Both the position numbers and the translations under genes were made by a program. A stretch of DNA of 61,436 bases, filler included. It is 4 parts of 4 records of this genome, joined end to end, with 100 filler letters (N's around TTAATTAATTAA, not from the genome) between each part and the next. Parts side by side here need not be neighbours in the genome. Positions count along the whole stretch, not along the records: positions 1 to 27,013 come from SRR31156797_12957; 3 more parts are not named here. One strand, given 5' to 3'. Each line of letters opens with the position of its first letter. Within the stretch, counting starts at the first letter, position 1. Of the stretch, positions 1 to 10,124 are shown piece after piece. The notes under the pieces are model-generated. The model saw only the letters and a list, made by a program, of their open reading frames with translations. It did no database searches and was not told the DNA's origin.

Positions 1-214
1 AAGGAAATATAATTTTTTCAAGTAAGTATATGCTAGGAAGTAAAGATTTGATTCATTTAAAATGTAAGGAATGAGGTGATGTTTCCACAGGAGCTTTAAT
101 CACAATCATGCTGAAGCCACAGTATTTTCTAGGGATTTAGTTATTTTGTTTGACTTTTGTTTTATTTTAAACTATAATTTTTAAGACAAAATTAAAATAT
201 GGAGGCGATTTAAT

Positions 215-802
215 ATGAAAAAGTTAAGTCTTGTTTTAGCTCTAATTGCAATATTTGCATTTGGTGCATGTACAGGTTCTCAGGAAAAACCTGAACCAAT
301 GGTTGAAAAGGAAGTCGTTGATCCAATGGCAGGATATCCTGCTTGGATATTAGACCCTAATGTTGAAGATGGACTTGGTGCAGTTGGAAGTGCATACATC
401 GGTGCTGCAGGAGTACAATTCGCAAGACAAGAAGCATTAGCAAATGCAAGAGACGAGCTTGCTAGACAAGTATCAGTTAAGGTTCAAAACATGTTTAAAT
501 CTTACACTAACTCAATTGGTTTAGGTGGAAGAGACGGCGTTGAAAAAGTTGCTACTAATGTTTCAAAACAAGTTGCAAATCAAACTCTAAAAGGTTCTAG
601 ACAAAAAGAACTTTGGATTTCACCTGATAAGGAATTATTCGTACAAGTAATTATTCCTAATGAAATCTTAAAAGAAGAGGCTAAAGCTGTTATCGAAAAT
701 GAAACTCCGGTTGGAACTAGCGATAGAGCTTTATGGCAAGAATTCAAAGCTAAAAACGCTCAAGCTGAGTTAGACGCAGCTATTGATTCAATGCTTGAAT
801 AA
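215..802 (+). CDS. LPP20-family lipoprotein
   Basis: Lipobox (FGAC). The P-x-W...G-x-G-S-A...A-R-x-E-L-A pattern is typical of LPP20 domains. GGAGG RBS. Confidence 0.8.
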   Translation: MKKLSLVLALIAIFAFGACTGSQEKPEPMVEKEVVDPMAGYPAWILDPNVEDGLGAVGSAYIGAAGVQFARQEALANARDELARQVSVKVQNMFKSYTNSIGLGGRDGVEKVATNVSKQVANQTLKGSRQKELWISPDKELFVQVIIPNEILKEEAKAVIENETPVGTSDRALWQEFKAKNAQAELDAAIDSMLE

Positions 803-837
803 TATTTATTGAGTAGAAAATTAATAAAACATTAACT

Positions 838-864
838 GGGGCAATAGATTTTCTATTGCCTTTA
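838..864 (+). terminator. Hairpin (terminator or processing site) after the first LPP20 gene
   Basis: GGCAATAGA-ttt-TCTATTGCC followed by TTT. Confidence 0.55.
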
Positions 865-887
865 ATTATTGAAGGCGGTGTTACAAA

Positions 888-1316
888 ATGAAAAAATATT
901 TACTTCTTTTAATCTTACTTATTGCATTTGCCGGTTGTACAACTACGCAAAATAACTCAAACACTACAACTACTGCCACTGTAGCGAAAAAAAGCGCTGA
1001 CGAACTACCACAATGGTTTTACACTCCTACAATGGGACAATACAAGTATGGTGGTGTTGGAATAGCTAAGAAAAGCGCTCATGGCCCATCAAGACAAAGA
1101 CAATTAGCAATCGGCAGAGCAATTGATGAAATTGCATCACAAATGAATACAAAAGTTTCATCTGTTCAAGAATTTGTTAGTACAAAAAATAATACTGATT
1201 ATTCAGGATACAGTATACATACAACTGATGGACAAGTTGTTAATGCTATCCTTATGGAGATATGGGTAGATAGAAAAAAAGAAGAACTATATGCTTGGCT
1301 TGTAGTTGAAAAATAA
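888..1316 (+). CDS. LPP20-like lipoprotein
   Basis: Lipobox (FAGC), Thr/Asn-rich linker, PQWF...GGVGIA...AIGRAIDEIA. Confidence 0.7.
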   Translation: MKKYLLLLILLIAFAGCTTTQNNSNTTTTATVAKKSADELPQWFYTPTMGQYKYGGVGIAKKSAHGPSRQRQLAIGRAIDEIASQMNTKVSSVQEFVSTKNNTDYSGYSIHTTDGQVVNAILMEIWVDRKKEELYAWLVVEK

Positions 1317-1347
1317 CTATCTCTTATAATCAGGGAGGCGATATATT

Positions 1348-3093
1348 ATGAAAAAACTTAGCATAGCTTTAACTGTGACTGCTGTCCTGCTATTTAGTGC
1401 CTGTACAGGGTCTCAGGAAAAAACTCAACCTGTAGTCGAGAAAAAAGAAGCTGCTAATCCGATGGCTGGATATCCAGCTTGGGTAATAGACCCATCTATT
1501 GAAGATGGATACGGCGCTGTTGGAAGTTCAAAAGTCGGCGTAGCAGGAATGTCTTTTGCCAGAACAGAAGCTATTGCAACAGGAAGGGATGAATTAGCTA
1601 GACAACTTTCAGTCAAAGTTCAAAATATGTTTAAATCATATACAAATTCAATTGGTTTAGGCGGAAACGATGGTGTTGAAAAAGTTGCTACTAATGTTTC
1701 AAGACAAATTGCAAATCAAACTCTAAAAGGAACTAAAGTAAATAATCTTTGGATTTCTCCTGAAAAAGAATTATTTGTACAGGTTATTATCTCAACTGAA
1801 AATATCATCGAAAGTACTAAAAAAGTTGTCACTGAATCAGTGGCTGAATCTACTGAAGATAAAGCATTAGCAGAAGAGATTGATAACTCATATTCAGAAG
1901 AAAAACTTGAAGAAGCTATCAAAAAAGAAGTAGTTTCTGAAGATAGTTTCGCAGCATATAAAGCTGATCAATTAGCAGGAGCTGATCAATATGCTAAGGA
2001 ACTTGAACAATCTTTTGCAAACTATAAAAAAGTTTTGGATGAAGAGTTTAATAAATTTAAACAAGAACTTCAGGGAACCTGGAAAGAGCCTGAGGTTTCA
2101 ACTAATACTAAGTGGGTTGAATACTCTGACTCACTAGATCAAAGATCAACTGTCGATTTTGAAAAACAAACTATAGAGCTTGAAGTAATCGTCGACGAGG
2201 ACACAGATACAAAAGATGTTGCAAGTAAACTGAAAAAAGGTCTGTTTGCAGTATTAATGAAAGATACAGAAACAGCATATAAAGATGATAAATTATCTCA
2301 AAATGTTGATAAAGCTATGAAAAAAGCTGATCCGGAGTATAAAGTTGAAAAAGTTGAGAAGAAACCAATCCTTACAGATCTATTTGTAGGTGCAAAGGAT
2401 ATTTTTACTAAAAAAGATCAATTAGAAGTTGCTACTTTAGTAAAAAACACTGTGAATAAAATCAAGCCAAAAGAAAGAAAAGCTAAACAGAGTGGTAAAA
2501 AAGTAGTTTCTATCTCAGTGGATATGCCATCAGATTCACTTATCAAAAAAGCTAAGCAGTTGAAACCAACTGTAAGTAAGTATTCTAATTCTGAGGATGT
2601 TGAACCAGCATTAGTTTATGCAATCATTCAATCAGAAAGTAGCTTTAACCCAATGGCAAAATCTTATATTCCTGCATATGGATTAATGCAAATTGTGCCA
2701 AAATCTGCCGGAAAAGATGCTACAGCTAAAGTCCATGGAAAAGCAAAATTATTATCCTCTTCTGAGTTATATAACTCTAAGAAAAATATTAGATATGGTA
2801 CTGCTTATTTAAATATTTTATATTATAGATATTTGAAAGCGATTAAAAATCCTGAAAGCAGATATTACTGTACAGTAGCGGCTTATAATACCGGTGCCGG
2901 AAATGTTGCAAAAGCATTTATTGGTACGACTAATATTAGTAAAGCAGCTGTTGAAATTAATAAATTAACTCCAGATCAAGTATACAATACATTACTTAAA
3001 AAACTTCCATATGATGAAACTAAAAATTACTTGAAAAAAGTTCATACTAGAAAACAATCATATGAAGCTGCTATTCAAAGCGGAGATCTTTAA
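1348..3093 (+). CDS. Lipoprotein: LPP20 domain fused to an MltC-like lytic transglycosylase (DUF3393-like + SLT)
   Basis: N-terminus is a paralog of 215..802. C-terminal SLT motifs: AIIQSESSFNPMAKS, AYGLMQI, AAYNTGAG, ETKNY. Confidence 0.85.
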   Translation: MKKLSIALTVTAVLLFSACTGSQEKTQPVVEKKEAANPMAGYPAWVIDPSIEDGYGAVGSSKVGVAGMSFARTEAIATGRDELARQLSVKVQNMFKSYTNSIGLGGNDGVEKVATNVSRQIANQTLKGTKVNNLWISPEKELFVQVIISTENIIESTKKVVTESVAESTEDKALAEEIDNSYSEEKLEEAIKKEVVSEDSFAAYKADQLAGADQYAKELEQSFANYKKVLDEEFNKFKQELQGTWKEPEVSTNTKWVEYSDSLDQRSTVDFEKQTIELEVIVDEDTDTKDVASKLKKGLFAVLMKDTETAYKDDKLSQNVDKAMKKADPEYKVEKVEKKPILTDLFVGAKDIFTKKDQLEVATLVKNTVNKIKPKERKAKQSGKKVVSISVDMPSDSLIKKAKQLKPTVSKYSNSEDVEPALVYAIIQSESSFNPMAKSYIPAYGLMQIVPKSAGKDATAKVHGKAKLLSSSELYNSKKNIRYGTAYLNILYYRYLKAIKNPESRYYCTVAAYNTGAGNVAKAFIGTTNISKAAVEINKLTPDQVYNTLLKKLPYDETKNYLKKVHTRKQSYEAAIQSGDL

Positions 3094-3108
3094 TAGAAAG
3101 GAGGAAAA

Positions 3109-4104
3109 ATGAAAAAACATATCTCTATTGTTATACTAGTTTTATTTTCAATTATTTCCTTCGGAAGAACTATTACAGGAAGTGGTAAAGCTAATACTCC
3201 TGAAAAGGCAAAAGAAGCTGCACTTCGTGATATTTCACAACAAATTCAGGTTAAAGTAATAAGTGAATTTTCAAAAGAAGAAAAAGTTGATAAAAATAAC
3301 GAATACAGTGCTTCAAAAAGTAATAAAATAGAATTAAGCTCTGCAAATGATATTCTTGGTGTTGAATTTATTACTAATGAAATCAAAGGTATCTATATTG
3401 TAGAAGCTTTTATTGATGAGACATCAATTCCTTTATACGATTATGAAATAAATCAACTAAATAAAAGAATTGAATTAAATGTTGTAAATAGTTCTCAAAC
3501 AGATGATCTTGTATTTAAGAGAAACTATTTCGTTGAAGCTCTTGAGTTCTTCGATAAATGGGAAGCTTATACTGCAACTGCTATCGTTTTAGGATCAAAT
3601 AAAGACTATGAATATAATTATTCAAAAGCTTTTATCGTAAACGAGATTGAGAAAATTGATAGAGTGCTTGAACAGAAAAAAGTTATCTATGTAGAGATTG
3701 ATGATGAGTTTGATGAAAGTTTAAATAACAGCTATCTTATGAAGGAAGTCAAAAAACTCCTTAATTCATTATCAAAGAAAAATCCGGATACTTTTAGATT
3801 AACAAATAACCCAAGTAAAAAGAACGTAACGATCACTGTTAACGTTGATTCATTCTTTGTAGAAACTGTTCCACCAGTATTCTATAATAAAAAGCAAATT
3901 AGTAATGAATCTTACAGTGGAGATGTTGCTATTACTTTTATTGTCTTTAACGAATTAACTAAAAACAGACTTGCATCTTTTTCAGTTAGTGGAAGTGCTA
4001 AAAGTTTCTTAAATGAAGCAAACGCATTAGATAAATCAATTAGAAAAATTATGATTGATAGAAACACTAAAAAACAGATTGGGCAAGCTTTACTCGAAAA
4101 ATAA
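3109..4104 (+). CDS. Exported LPP20-like domain protein
   Basis: Signal peptide. AKEAALRDISQQIQVKV resembles the LPP20 helix. Operonic with the upstream genes. Confidence 0.55.
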   Translation: MKKHISIVILVLFSIISFGRTITGSGKANTPEKAKEAALRDISQQIQVKVISEFSKEEKVDKNNEYSASKSNKIELSSANDILGVEFITNEIKGIYIVEAFIDETSIPLYDYEINQLNKRIELNVVNSSQTDDLVFKRNYFVEALEFFDKWEAYTATAIVLGSNKDYEYNYSKAFIVNEIEKIDRVLEQKKVIYVEIDDEFDESLNNSYLMKEVKKLLNSLSKKNPDTFRLTNNPSKKNVTITVNVDSFFVETVPPVFYNKKQISNESYSGDVAITFIVFNELTKNRLASFSVSGSAKSFLNEANALDKSIRKIMIDRNTKKQIGQALLEK

Positions 4105-4120
4105 ATTAACCAGAATATAA

Positions 4121-4156
4121 AAAAATAAGTGTTCCTTTCGGGACACTTATTTTTTT
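4121..4156. terminator. Bidirectional intrinsic terminator
   Basis: AAAAATAAGTGTTCC-tttc-GGGACACTTATTTTT between convergent genes. Confidence 0.8.
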
Positions 4157-4899
4157 ACTTTTATGTATAGTAAATGATTTGTAACAGAAATTGAACCATA
4201 TTTTTTAATATAAATCTCTTCAACTTGCTTTAACATATTTTTAGTCAAAACTCGTTTTCTCTTCAAGGCACTATTTGCACCTATTCCTTTTATTGCCCTA
4301 AGAAAATCATATAGGCATTTGAACTCCTGAATAATGTTTTCCTCTTGCAAAATTTCAATACTGAATTTGTCATAATCTAAATCATTTGTATCTATAAAGT
4401 TTTGTGAGAAAATATACTCCGGATCAAACTCCATAAACGTTTCTCTTAACTCAGAATAAGTATCAGATGCAAATATTGAGAAATGAATTTCTCCCTCATC
4501 AATAAGTAAGTTTTGCAATGCTTCTAATGCAGAATTAACATTTTTGAACCACTGAAAACTTGCATTTGAAATAATCAAATCATATTGAGTCTCTGTTTTA
4601 TACTCTTCAGCGTCTGCGCAAATATATTTATTTACTTTGTCTCCAAACTTCTCTTTTGACGCTTCAAGCATAGATTCAGATATATCTAGGATATCTATTT
4701 TTGAATCAGGAAATTTTTTTAATAAAAGTTCCGTAAAAATACCCGTACCACTTCCTATTTCAAGTATTCTATTTGGTGATTTTTTCAGCATACATAACTC
4801 TATTAGTTTTCTTGCCATATTTCTTTGAACATCAGCATATTTCTCATATGTTGCAACATTCTTAGAAAAATTTCTTTCAACTAATTTTTTTTCAATCAC
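4147..4899 (-). CDS. bioC: Malonyl-ACP O-methyltransferase
   Basis: FSK..TYEKYADVQ, ILEIGSGTG, SNASFQW, IKGIGAN motifs. Confidence 0.9.
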   Translation of the reverse strand: MIEKKLVERNFSKNVATYEKYADVQRNMARKLIELCMLKKSPNRILEIGSGTGIFTELLLKKFPDSKIDILDISESMLEASKEKFGDKVNKYICADAEEYKTETQYDLIISNASFQWFKNVNSALEALQNLLIDEGEIHFSIFASDTYSELRETFMEFDPEYIFSQNFIDTNDLDYDKFSIEILQEENIIQEFKCLYDFLRAIKGIGANSALKRKRVLTKNMLKQVEEIYIKKYGSISVTNHLLYIKVKK

Positions 4900-5557
4900 T
4901 TAAATAACTCCTAACCAAATTGTCTATTTTTCCCTCATAAATTATATTATGACCACAAGCTATAACTTCAATTTTTGATTTATTAAAACAAGATATTGCA
5001 TTTTTTGAATTACTGTTAGAGATTACTTCATCGCTTGAAGCTAATATTATTAATGCTTCAACATCTGTTTTTAATTCAATTTCGCTTATATTCTCGTTTA
5101 ATAAAAACTCTAAACCTTCTATTAAATATTTTACATCAATTTTATCATACTCTTCAACATTTTCTTCAAAATATTTTACAGCCAACTCTTTATTTTTAAA
5201 GTTAATTTTACAAAACTCTCTTATAGTTAATAATTTGTTTTTTTTCATATTTCTGATCATTTTTTTTAAGATCAATGGAGAAGTTGTTTCAGTAAAATTA
5301 AGAGTTGGTGCTAATAAAATTAGTTTATGTGGTTTTATTTTCTGAAGAGATTTTATAGCTGGTAAAGTTCCCATTGACCACGCTAAAACTATTAATTTAT
5401 CATATTTTATTTTTGATAATTGATAATAAAACTTCTCTATTTCGAATTCATCAAAATAAAGAAGTTCGTCATATTTAATATTTAATTTATCATACAAGTT
5501 AGGAAAACTTCCCCAACCCGGGAAAATGACTAAAAGAGTTTTTTCTTTTTCAATCAT
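4892..5557 (-). CDS. Pimeloyl-ACP methyl ester esterase (BioH/BioG-like alpha/beta hydrolase)
   Basis: PGWG oxyanion motif, AWSMG nucleophile, C-terminal D and GH. Overlaps bioC. Confidence 0.7.
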   Translation of the reverse strand: MIEKEKTLLVIFPGWGSFPNLYDKLNIKYDELLYFDEFEIEKFYYQLSKIKYDKLIVLAWSMGTLPAIKSLQKIKPHKLILLAPTLNFTETTSPLILKKMIRNMKKNKLLTIREFCKINFKNKELAVKYFEENVEEYDKIDVKYLIEGLEFLLNENISEIELKTDVEALIILASSDEVISNSNSKNAISCFNKSKIEVIACGHNIIYEGKIDNLVRSYLSD

Positions 5558-6120
5558 ATATTCTCCTTGTACAAATTCTTATTAAAAATATACTGCCCAA
5601 CTTTTTCTGGAACTAAGTATTTTATGCTGTTATTATTTATAATATTATTCCTAATCATTGTTGAACTTATATCTATTTTAGGACTATTTAAGAGATTAAT
5701 ATTTTTTTCAATATTTTCTGCCTTAAATTTTCCTCGTTTAAACACTATAAAATTGATTTCATCAAGCATTTTATCATAGTCTTTCCACTTATCTAAATAA
5801 GCCAAAGAGTCCTCTCCAATGATCTCAAATAGCTCATCATTCGGATACTTCTCTTTTAATTTAAGATAAGTTTCATATGTATATGATGAAATACCTTTTT
5901 CAATTAATGAAATCTCAAACGCCGGATTGTCATTAATAGCAAATTCCAGTAGTTTTACCCTATCATCATAAGAGAGCAAATTATTTTCTCTATGGGAAGG
6001 TATCCCCACAGGTACAAATAATATTTTATCTAATTTGCACTTTTCTCTAACATACTCGGCAATAATTAAATGCCCGGTATGAATAGGATTAAAACTACCT
6101 CCAAAAATTCCAATTTTCAT
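5554..6120 (-). CDS. nadD: Nicotinate-nucleotide adenylyltransferase
   Basis: GGSFNPIHTGH, IIGEDS, ISSTMIR motifs. Confidence 0.95.
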   Translation of the reverse strand: MKIGIFGGSFNPIHTGHLIIAEYVREKCKLDKILFVPVGIPSHRENNLLSYDDRVKLLEFAINDNPAFEISLIEKGISSYTYETYLKLKEKYPNDELFEIIGEDSLAYLDKWKDYDKMLDEINFIVFKRGKFKAENIEKNINLLNSPKIDISSTMIRNNIINNNSIKYLVPEKVGQYIFNKNLYKENI

Positions 6121-6573
6121 TTAATTTTCCAATCCAGAAAGAATTTCCAAAAGCTCTTCTTTTTCCTTCGCAAGTTTAACAGCTTCTCTGAAATCAGTAT
6201 TTCTAAATGCTCTGGAAATATTTGATAGTAATTTTAGATACTCCGTATTTTTCTCTTTTGGTGCTCCAACTAAAATTATTACTTTAGCTTTTTCACCATC
6301 TGGAGTATTGAATTCAATTGGTTTCTCAAGTACAGCTAATGCAAGAACTATATCATTTAATGACTCACATCTTGCATGTGGTACTGCAATCTCTCTACCA
6401 ATTCCAGTAGTTCCTATCTCTTCTCTCTCATAAATCTTACTAGTAAATAAATCTTTGTCACTAATCTTATCAGTTTTTTCAGTAACTAAATCAATTAATT
6501 TGTCAATTATTTGATTTTTATCAACTTCTTCTTTTTCTATTAAAACAAGCTTATTATTTAAATAATTGATCAT
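6121..6573 (-). CDS. PTS EIIA (fructose/mannitol/Ntr type)
   Basis: EREEIGTTGIG..IAVPHAR phospho-His motif. Confidence 0.9.
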   Translation of the reverse strand: MINYLNNKLVLIEKEEVDKNQIIDKLIDLVTEKTDKISDKDLFTSKIYEREEIGTTGIGREIAVPHARCESLNDIVLALAVLEKPIEFNTPDGEKAKVIILVGAPKEKNTEYLKLLSNISRAFRNTDFREAVKLAKEKEELLEILSGLEN

Positions 6574-6585
6574 ATAAGCCCCCCT

Positions 6586-8244
6586 CTAGTCATTTGTGTA
6601 TAAAGTTATGTCCATATTTCTTATTAACTCTTTTATTGTTATTTTTCTGTCTCCGTTAAGATTTTCAAAATACTCATCATTTTCTGCATTATATAAAAAT
6701 AGAACATTGTCATTTTTTTCTAAATAAACTATATCGCCATTTTTTACATAATGATTTCTTCTTTCAAGCTCTTCAAATTCATCAGCCGGAATTGCCAAAT
6801 ATTCAGCAATTTTACCCAGTATATTAAGCTCGTCAGAATTTTCAATTGATTTTTTATAAGGTTTCCCAAATTTATATTGACCTAATAAATATAGTTTCTT
6901 ATATAGTTCTTTTAATCTAATATAATTTTTATCCAGGCTATTTATCATCTGTTCATGATACCTGAAGAAATTTCTAAACTCATTTAGAAGTTTTGAGTTA
7001 CTATTAAAATCAAGCCAAGAGTTATATTCATCTTGCAAGACTAAATCTACTTCCATATCCGCAAACACGGATGCTCCTGCTTTAATTGGAGTAATATCTT
7101 CTCTTACTAAGTCTACTTCGTTTAGAATCATTGGATAATTTATTATCTTAACTGTTTTTAGAGAAGTGATTTTCTCTATCAGTTCCTCAACTGACAATAG
7201 ATCTATATCTTCTAAATAAATATTAGATGAATAATTTAAAATATAATCGCCATTCTCATTCTCATTTTGAATTGTTGCAATATAATCTTCTATTTCACTT
7301 AAGATTTCATTATCTCTTTCAAGTAAAAATCTTTCAACTTTGAATATAAAATCTTTATCATTATTTATGACAACTAATTTACCGTTCTCAGTTGATCTGG
7401 CAATATATTCAGAAGCTTTCGAATTACTATTTTTAATAACTCTGTCTTCAATAATAACATACTCAAAACCATAGTCAGCTATTAATTTCCCAACTTTCTC
7501 AGTCCATACACCACCTTCATTCCAAAATCCAGCCGGTATATAATTTAACTCTCTTTTTAGTAGCTTCATATACTCTTCAATTTGCCATCTGTTACTATCA
7601 GGATCATTTGCTGCAAGCACAGCCTCAGAGTATGTTGTTCCTAGTAATTCTAATTTTCCATTCTCCAAAAGACTTTTCATTTTAACTATTATGCTGGGAT
7701 TTTTCAGCTTGATTTTTTCAAGTAACAGGCCGTTTAACACCATGTTAAGTTTTAAATCATCTCTACTCTGAAGAAGGTTAATAATATATTCTATCTTTTC
7801 AATATTTATTTCATTACTCAAATCTTTTTCTTTTAAAACCAAATTTAGTGCCACTGGTAAATTTTTATTTCTTAATGCCGCTGAGTTAGTCATAATACTA
7901 AATAGTTTAACTCCACTCATAAATACTGCCAAAACAACCAAAATTCCCAAGGCTGCTCTAACTGCGATATTTAATTTCTTACTATGATTTTTTGATCCAT
8001 GCAAAGAATTTCCTGTTAAATCAGTCATTGAAAACTGTAGTTTTGCAATTTTTCTATCAATTTCCTCAACTTCCGCTTTCTCAGCACACGACTTTCGAAT
8101 CATTATCATATATGAAAGTGCTTCGGGATAATCCCTCCTGACTTGCGCATCTTCAACCATTTTGTAAAACAGATCCGTATGGTCTGTGCCACAACTACTA
8201 CATATTGAACCTGTTATCTCTTTTCCACAGTTTGTGCAATTCAC
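6586..8244 (-). CDS. Zinc ribbon + TM + GH57-like domain protein
   Basis: CxxC-x9-CxxC at the N-terminus, one TM helix, then ELLGTTYSE...QIE...GFWNEGGVW...GFEYVIIED resembling the GH57 barrel. Confidence 0.6.
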   Translation of the reverse strand: MNCTNCGKEITGSICSSCGTDHTDLFYKMVEDAQVRRDYPEALSYMIMIRKSCAEKAEVEEIDRKIAKLQFSMTDLTGNSLHGSKNHSKKLNIAVRAALGILVVLAVFMSGVKLFSIMTNSAALRNKNLPVALNLVLKEKDLSNEINIEKIEYIINLLQSRDDLKLNMVLNGLLLEKIKLKNPSIIVKMKSLLENGKLELLGTTYSEAVLAANDPDSNRWQIEEYMKLLKRELNYIPAGFWNEGGVWTEKVGKLIADYGFEYVIIEDRVIKNSNSKASEYIARSTENGKLVVINNDKDFIFKVERFLLERDNEILSEIEDYIATIQNENENGDYILNYSSNIYLEDIDLLSVEELIEKITSLKTVKIINYPMILNEVDLVREDITPIKAGASVFADMEVDLVLQDEYNSWLDFNSNSKLLNEFRNFFRYHEQMINSLDKNYIRLKELYKKLYLLGQYKFGKPYKKSIENSDELNILGKIAEYLAIPADEFEELERRNHYVKNGDIVYLEKNDNVLFLYNAENDEYFENLNGDRKITIKELIRNMDITLYTND

Positions 8245-8246
8245 AT

Positions 8247-9053
8247 CTACTCACCTTTATCTAAATTATTTAATAAAATATTTTCTGCTATTTCATCATA
8301 AGCTAAGTCTTTTCTTAAATTAAATTCTTTTTCTGATTTTTTCAATAAAATAGCTTTGAATCTACTAACATTTTCATTTGTTAATTTCTCAAGATTTTTT
8401 ATGATTTTATAATATGATTTTAAATTTAAGCTCGTCAATTTTATTTCGTCTATTTCAATACTAGTATCGCTATTCGAATTATGATATTCATAAAGATTAG
8501 TCTCATAATTTACGATATAATCAATTACACAGAATAATAAATAATCAATATCTGACTTATTTTTAATTTTTTTAGCAAGTTCTTCAAAAACCTGAAGCAT
8601 TAATGCTTTATCAGATGTTACATCATTCATTAACACATATCTAGATAAAGAACTGTAAAACTCTTTTTCATCTCTTAAATATAACTCTTTGCAATATCTT
8701 AATGCAAATGATCGATCACGATTAAAAAATATTTTAAACATATTTTTCTTTAATTTTTCAATTTCAAAATTTGATAATCTATCAATTTTAGTTATATTTA
8801 CTGTTTCAGTATAATCAATACAGTTATCATAAATATATTCTATTATCTCTTTTTCATTTTCTTTATTAATAACCGCTAACAATGGCAACGCGTAATTGAA
8901 TCTTTTTTTAGTTATATTTCCATTGTTTTCTATTTTAAAATACGATCTTTTATTTATATAAGGGGCTATAGTTTTAATAAATTCACCCAACTCAGATTTT
9001 TGATAAAATTCATAAAATGAATTTTTATCTAAATCCTTTAAAAATTCCAACAT
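8247..9053 (-). CDS. Hypothetical protein
   Basis: 268-aa ORF coupled to lpxK within the operon. Confidence 0.7.
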   Translation of the reverse strand: MLEFLKDLDKNSFYEFYQKSELGEFIKTIAPYINKRSYFKIENNGNITKKRFNYALPLLAVINKENEKEIIEYIYDNCIDYTETVNITKIDRLSNFEIEKLKKNMFKIFFNRDRSFALRYCKELYLRDEKEFYSSLSRYVLMNDVTSDKALMLQVFEELAKKIKNKSDIDYLLFCVIDYIVNYETNLYEYHNSNSDTSIEIDEIKLTSLNLKSYYKIIKNLEKLTNENVSRFKAILLKKSEKEFNLRKDLAYDEIAENILLNNLDKGE

Positions 9054-10030
9054 ACATTATCCTCCAAAAAAGCAAACTCTATTTTAAGTATTAATAAATT
9101 GTCTGGAATAAGATTTTTATCAAGTTTTACCAAATCTTTTTCAGTAGAAATTATAAGATCAGGTTTTACTTCTTCTATTCTCTTTTTTATCTCATCATAA
9201 TCCTTTTCAGTAAAATCATGATGATCTTCATAGTCAATTCTTATTACTTCATTCGGTTTATACTTTCTAATACTTTTTTCAAAATTTTCCGGCTTAGCAA
9301 GCCCAGAGAATAGTAAACACTTTTTCCCTGTTATATAATTTAATTCAAACTCTTCTCCAGCCAGATTATATAAAAGTGATTCACTATGATCTGTAACTGA
9401 GATATTCTTATTAAATTTATTAAGTTTTTCTTTAATTTCATCTAATTTATTTTTTGATATCAGACTTGATTTAGTTATTATTAATTCGTCTGCTCTCTTT
9501 AATTCACTTAGATCTTCTCGTAGTCTTCCAGATGGTAAAGTATAACCTCCGCCAAATGGATTTGTTGCATCAATTAATACTATATTCTTGTCTCGAAATA
9601 ATTTCCTATGTTGAAATCCATCATCCATAATAATTATATCCGGATTGAACTTATTTTTTATCTCAAGACAGGCTTCATATCTATTTTTTCCTACAACAAT
9701 AGGAATAGCCAAATTCAGAGCGTGAAGATAGGCTTCATCACCACTCTCTTTAGCACTAACCAATACTTTTTTCCAGTCATGTACTACTAGAGGTTCTGTG
9801 TCTCTGATACCTCTGTAACCTCTCGAAACTATTGCTACTTTTTTTCCCTTTTTCAGTAGTTTTTTAGCAAAATATTGAACTGCAGGTGTTTTTCCTGTTC
9901 CACCAACAGTTATATTCCCTATACAAATTACTTTAATACCATCTACTTTATTAATCTTTAATATTTGGCGATTATAAAGGAAATTTCTTAATTTCATAAG
10001 AGAACTATATATAAAAGTTAAAAATTTCAT
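9038..10030 (-). CDS. lpxK: Tetraacyldisaccharide 4'-kinase
   Basis: GNITVGGTGKTP, SRGY, DDGFQH, STEKD motifs. Confidence 0.95.
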   Translation of the reverse strand: MKFLTFIYSSLMKLRNFLYNRQILKINKVDGIKVICIGNITVGGTGKTPAVQYFAKKLLKKGKKVAIVSRGYRGIRDTEPLVVHDWKKVLVSAKESGDEAYLHALNLAIPIVVGKNRYEACLEIKNKFNPDIIIMDDGFQHRKLFRDKNIVLIDATNPFGGGYTLPSGRLREDLSELKRADELIITKSSLISKNKLDEIKEKLNKFNKNISVTDHSESLLYNLAGEEFELNYITGKKCLLFSGLAKPENFEKSIRKYKPNEVIRIDYEDHHDFTEKDYDEIKKRIEEVKPDLIISTEKDLVKLDKNLIPDNLLILKIEFAFLEDNVCWNF

Positions 10031-10124
10031 ACATCAATCCTTTGTTTTGATAAATATCAAATGAAAATTATAATAGCTATTGTAACATATTCATTTTAAT
10101 TTTTAAAGATTTACATTTCTTATT

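Noticed and set aside
70-125. Possible fluoride riboswitch (GGTGATG...GCTGA)
   Set aside because: The P1 and pseudoknot pairings and the GAUGAC..CUAC 3' consensus are missing, and the downstream genes are unrelated to fluoride.
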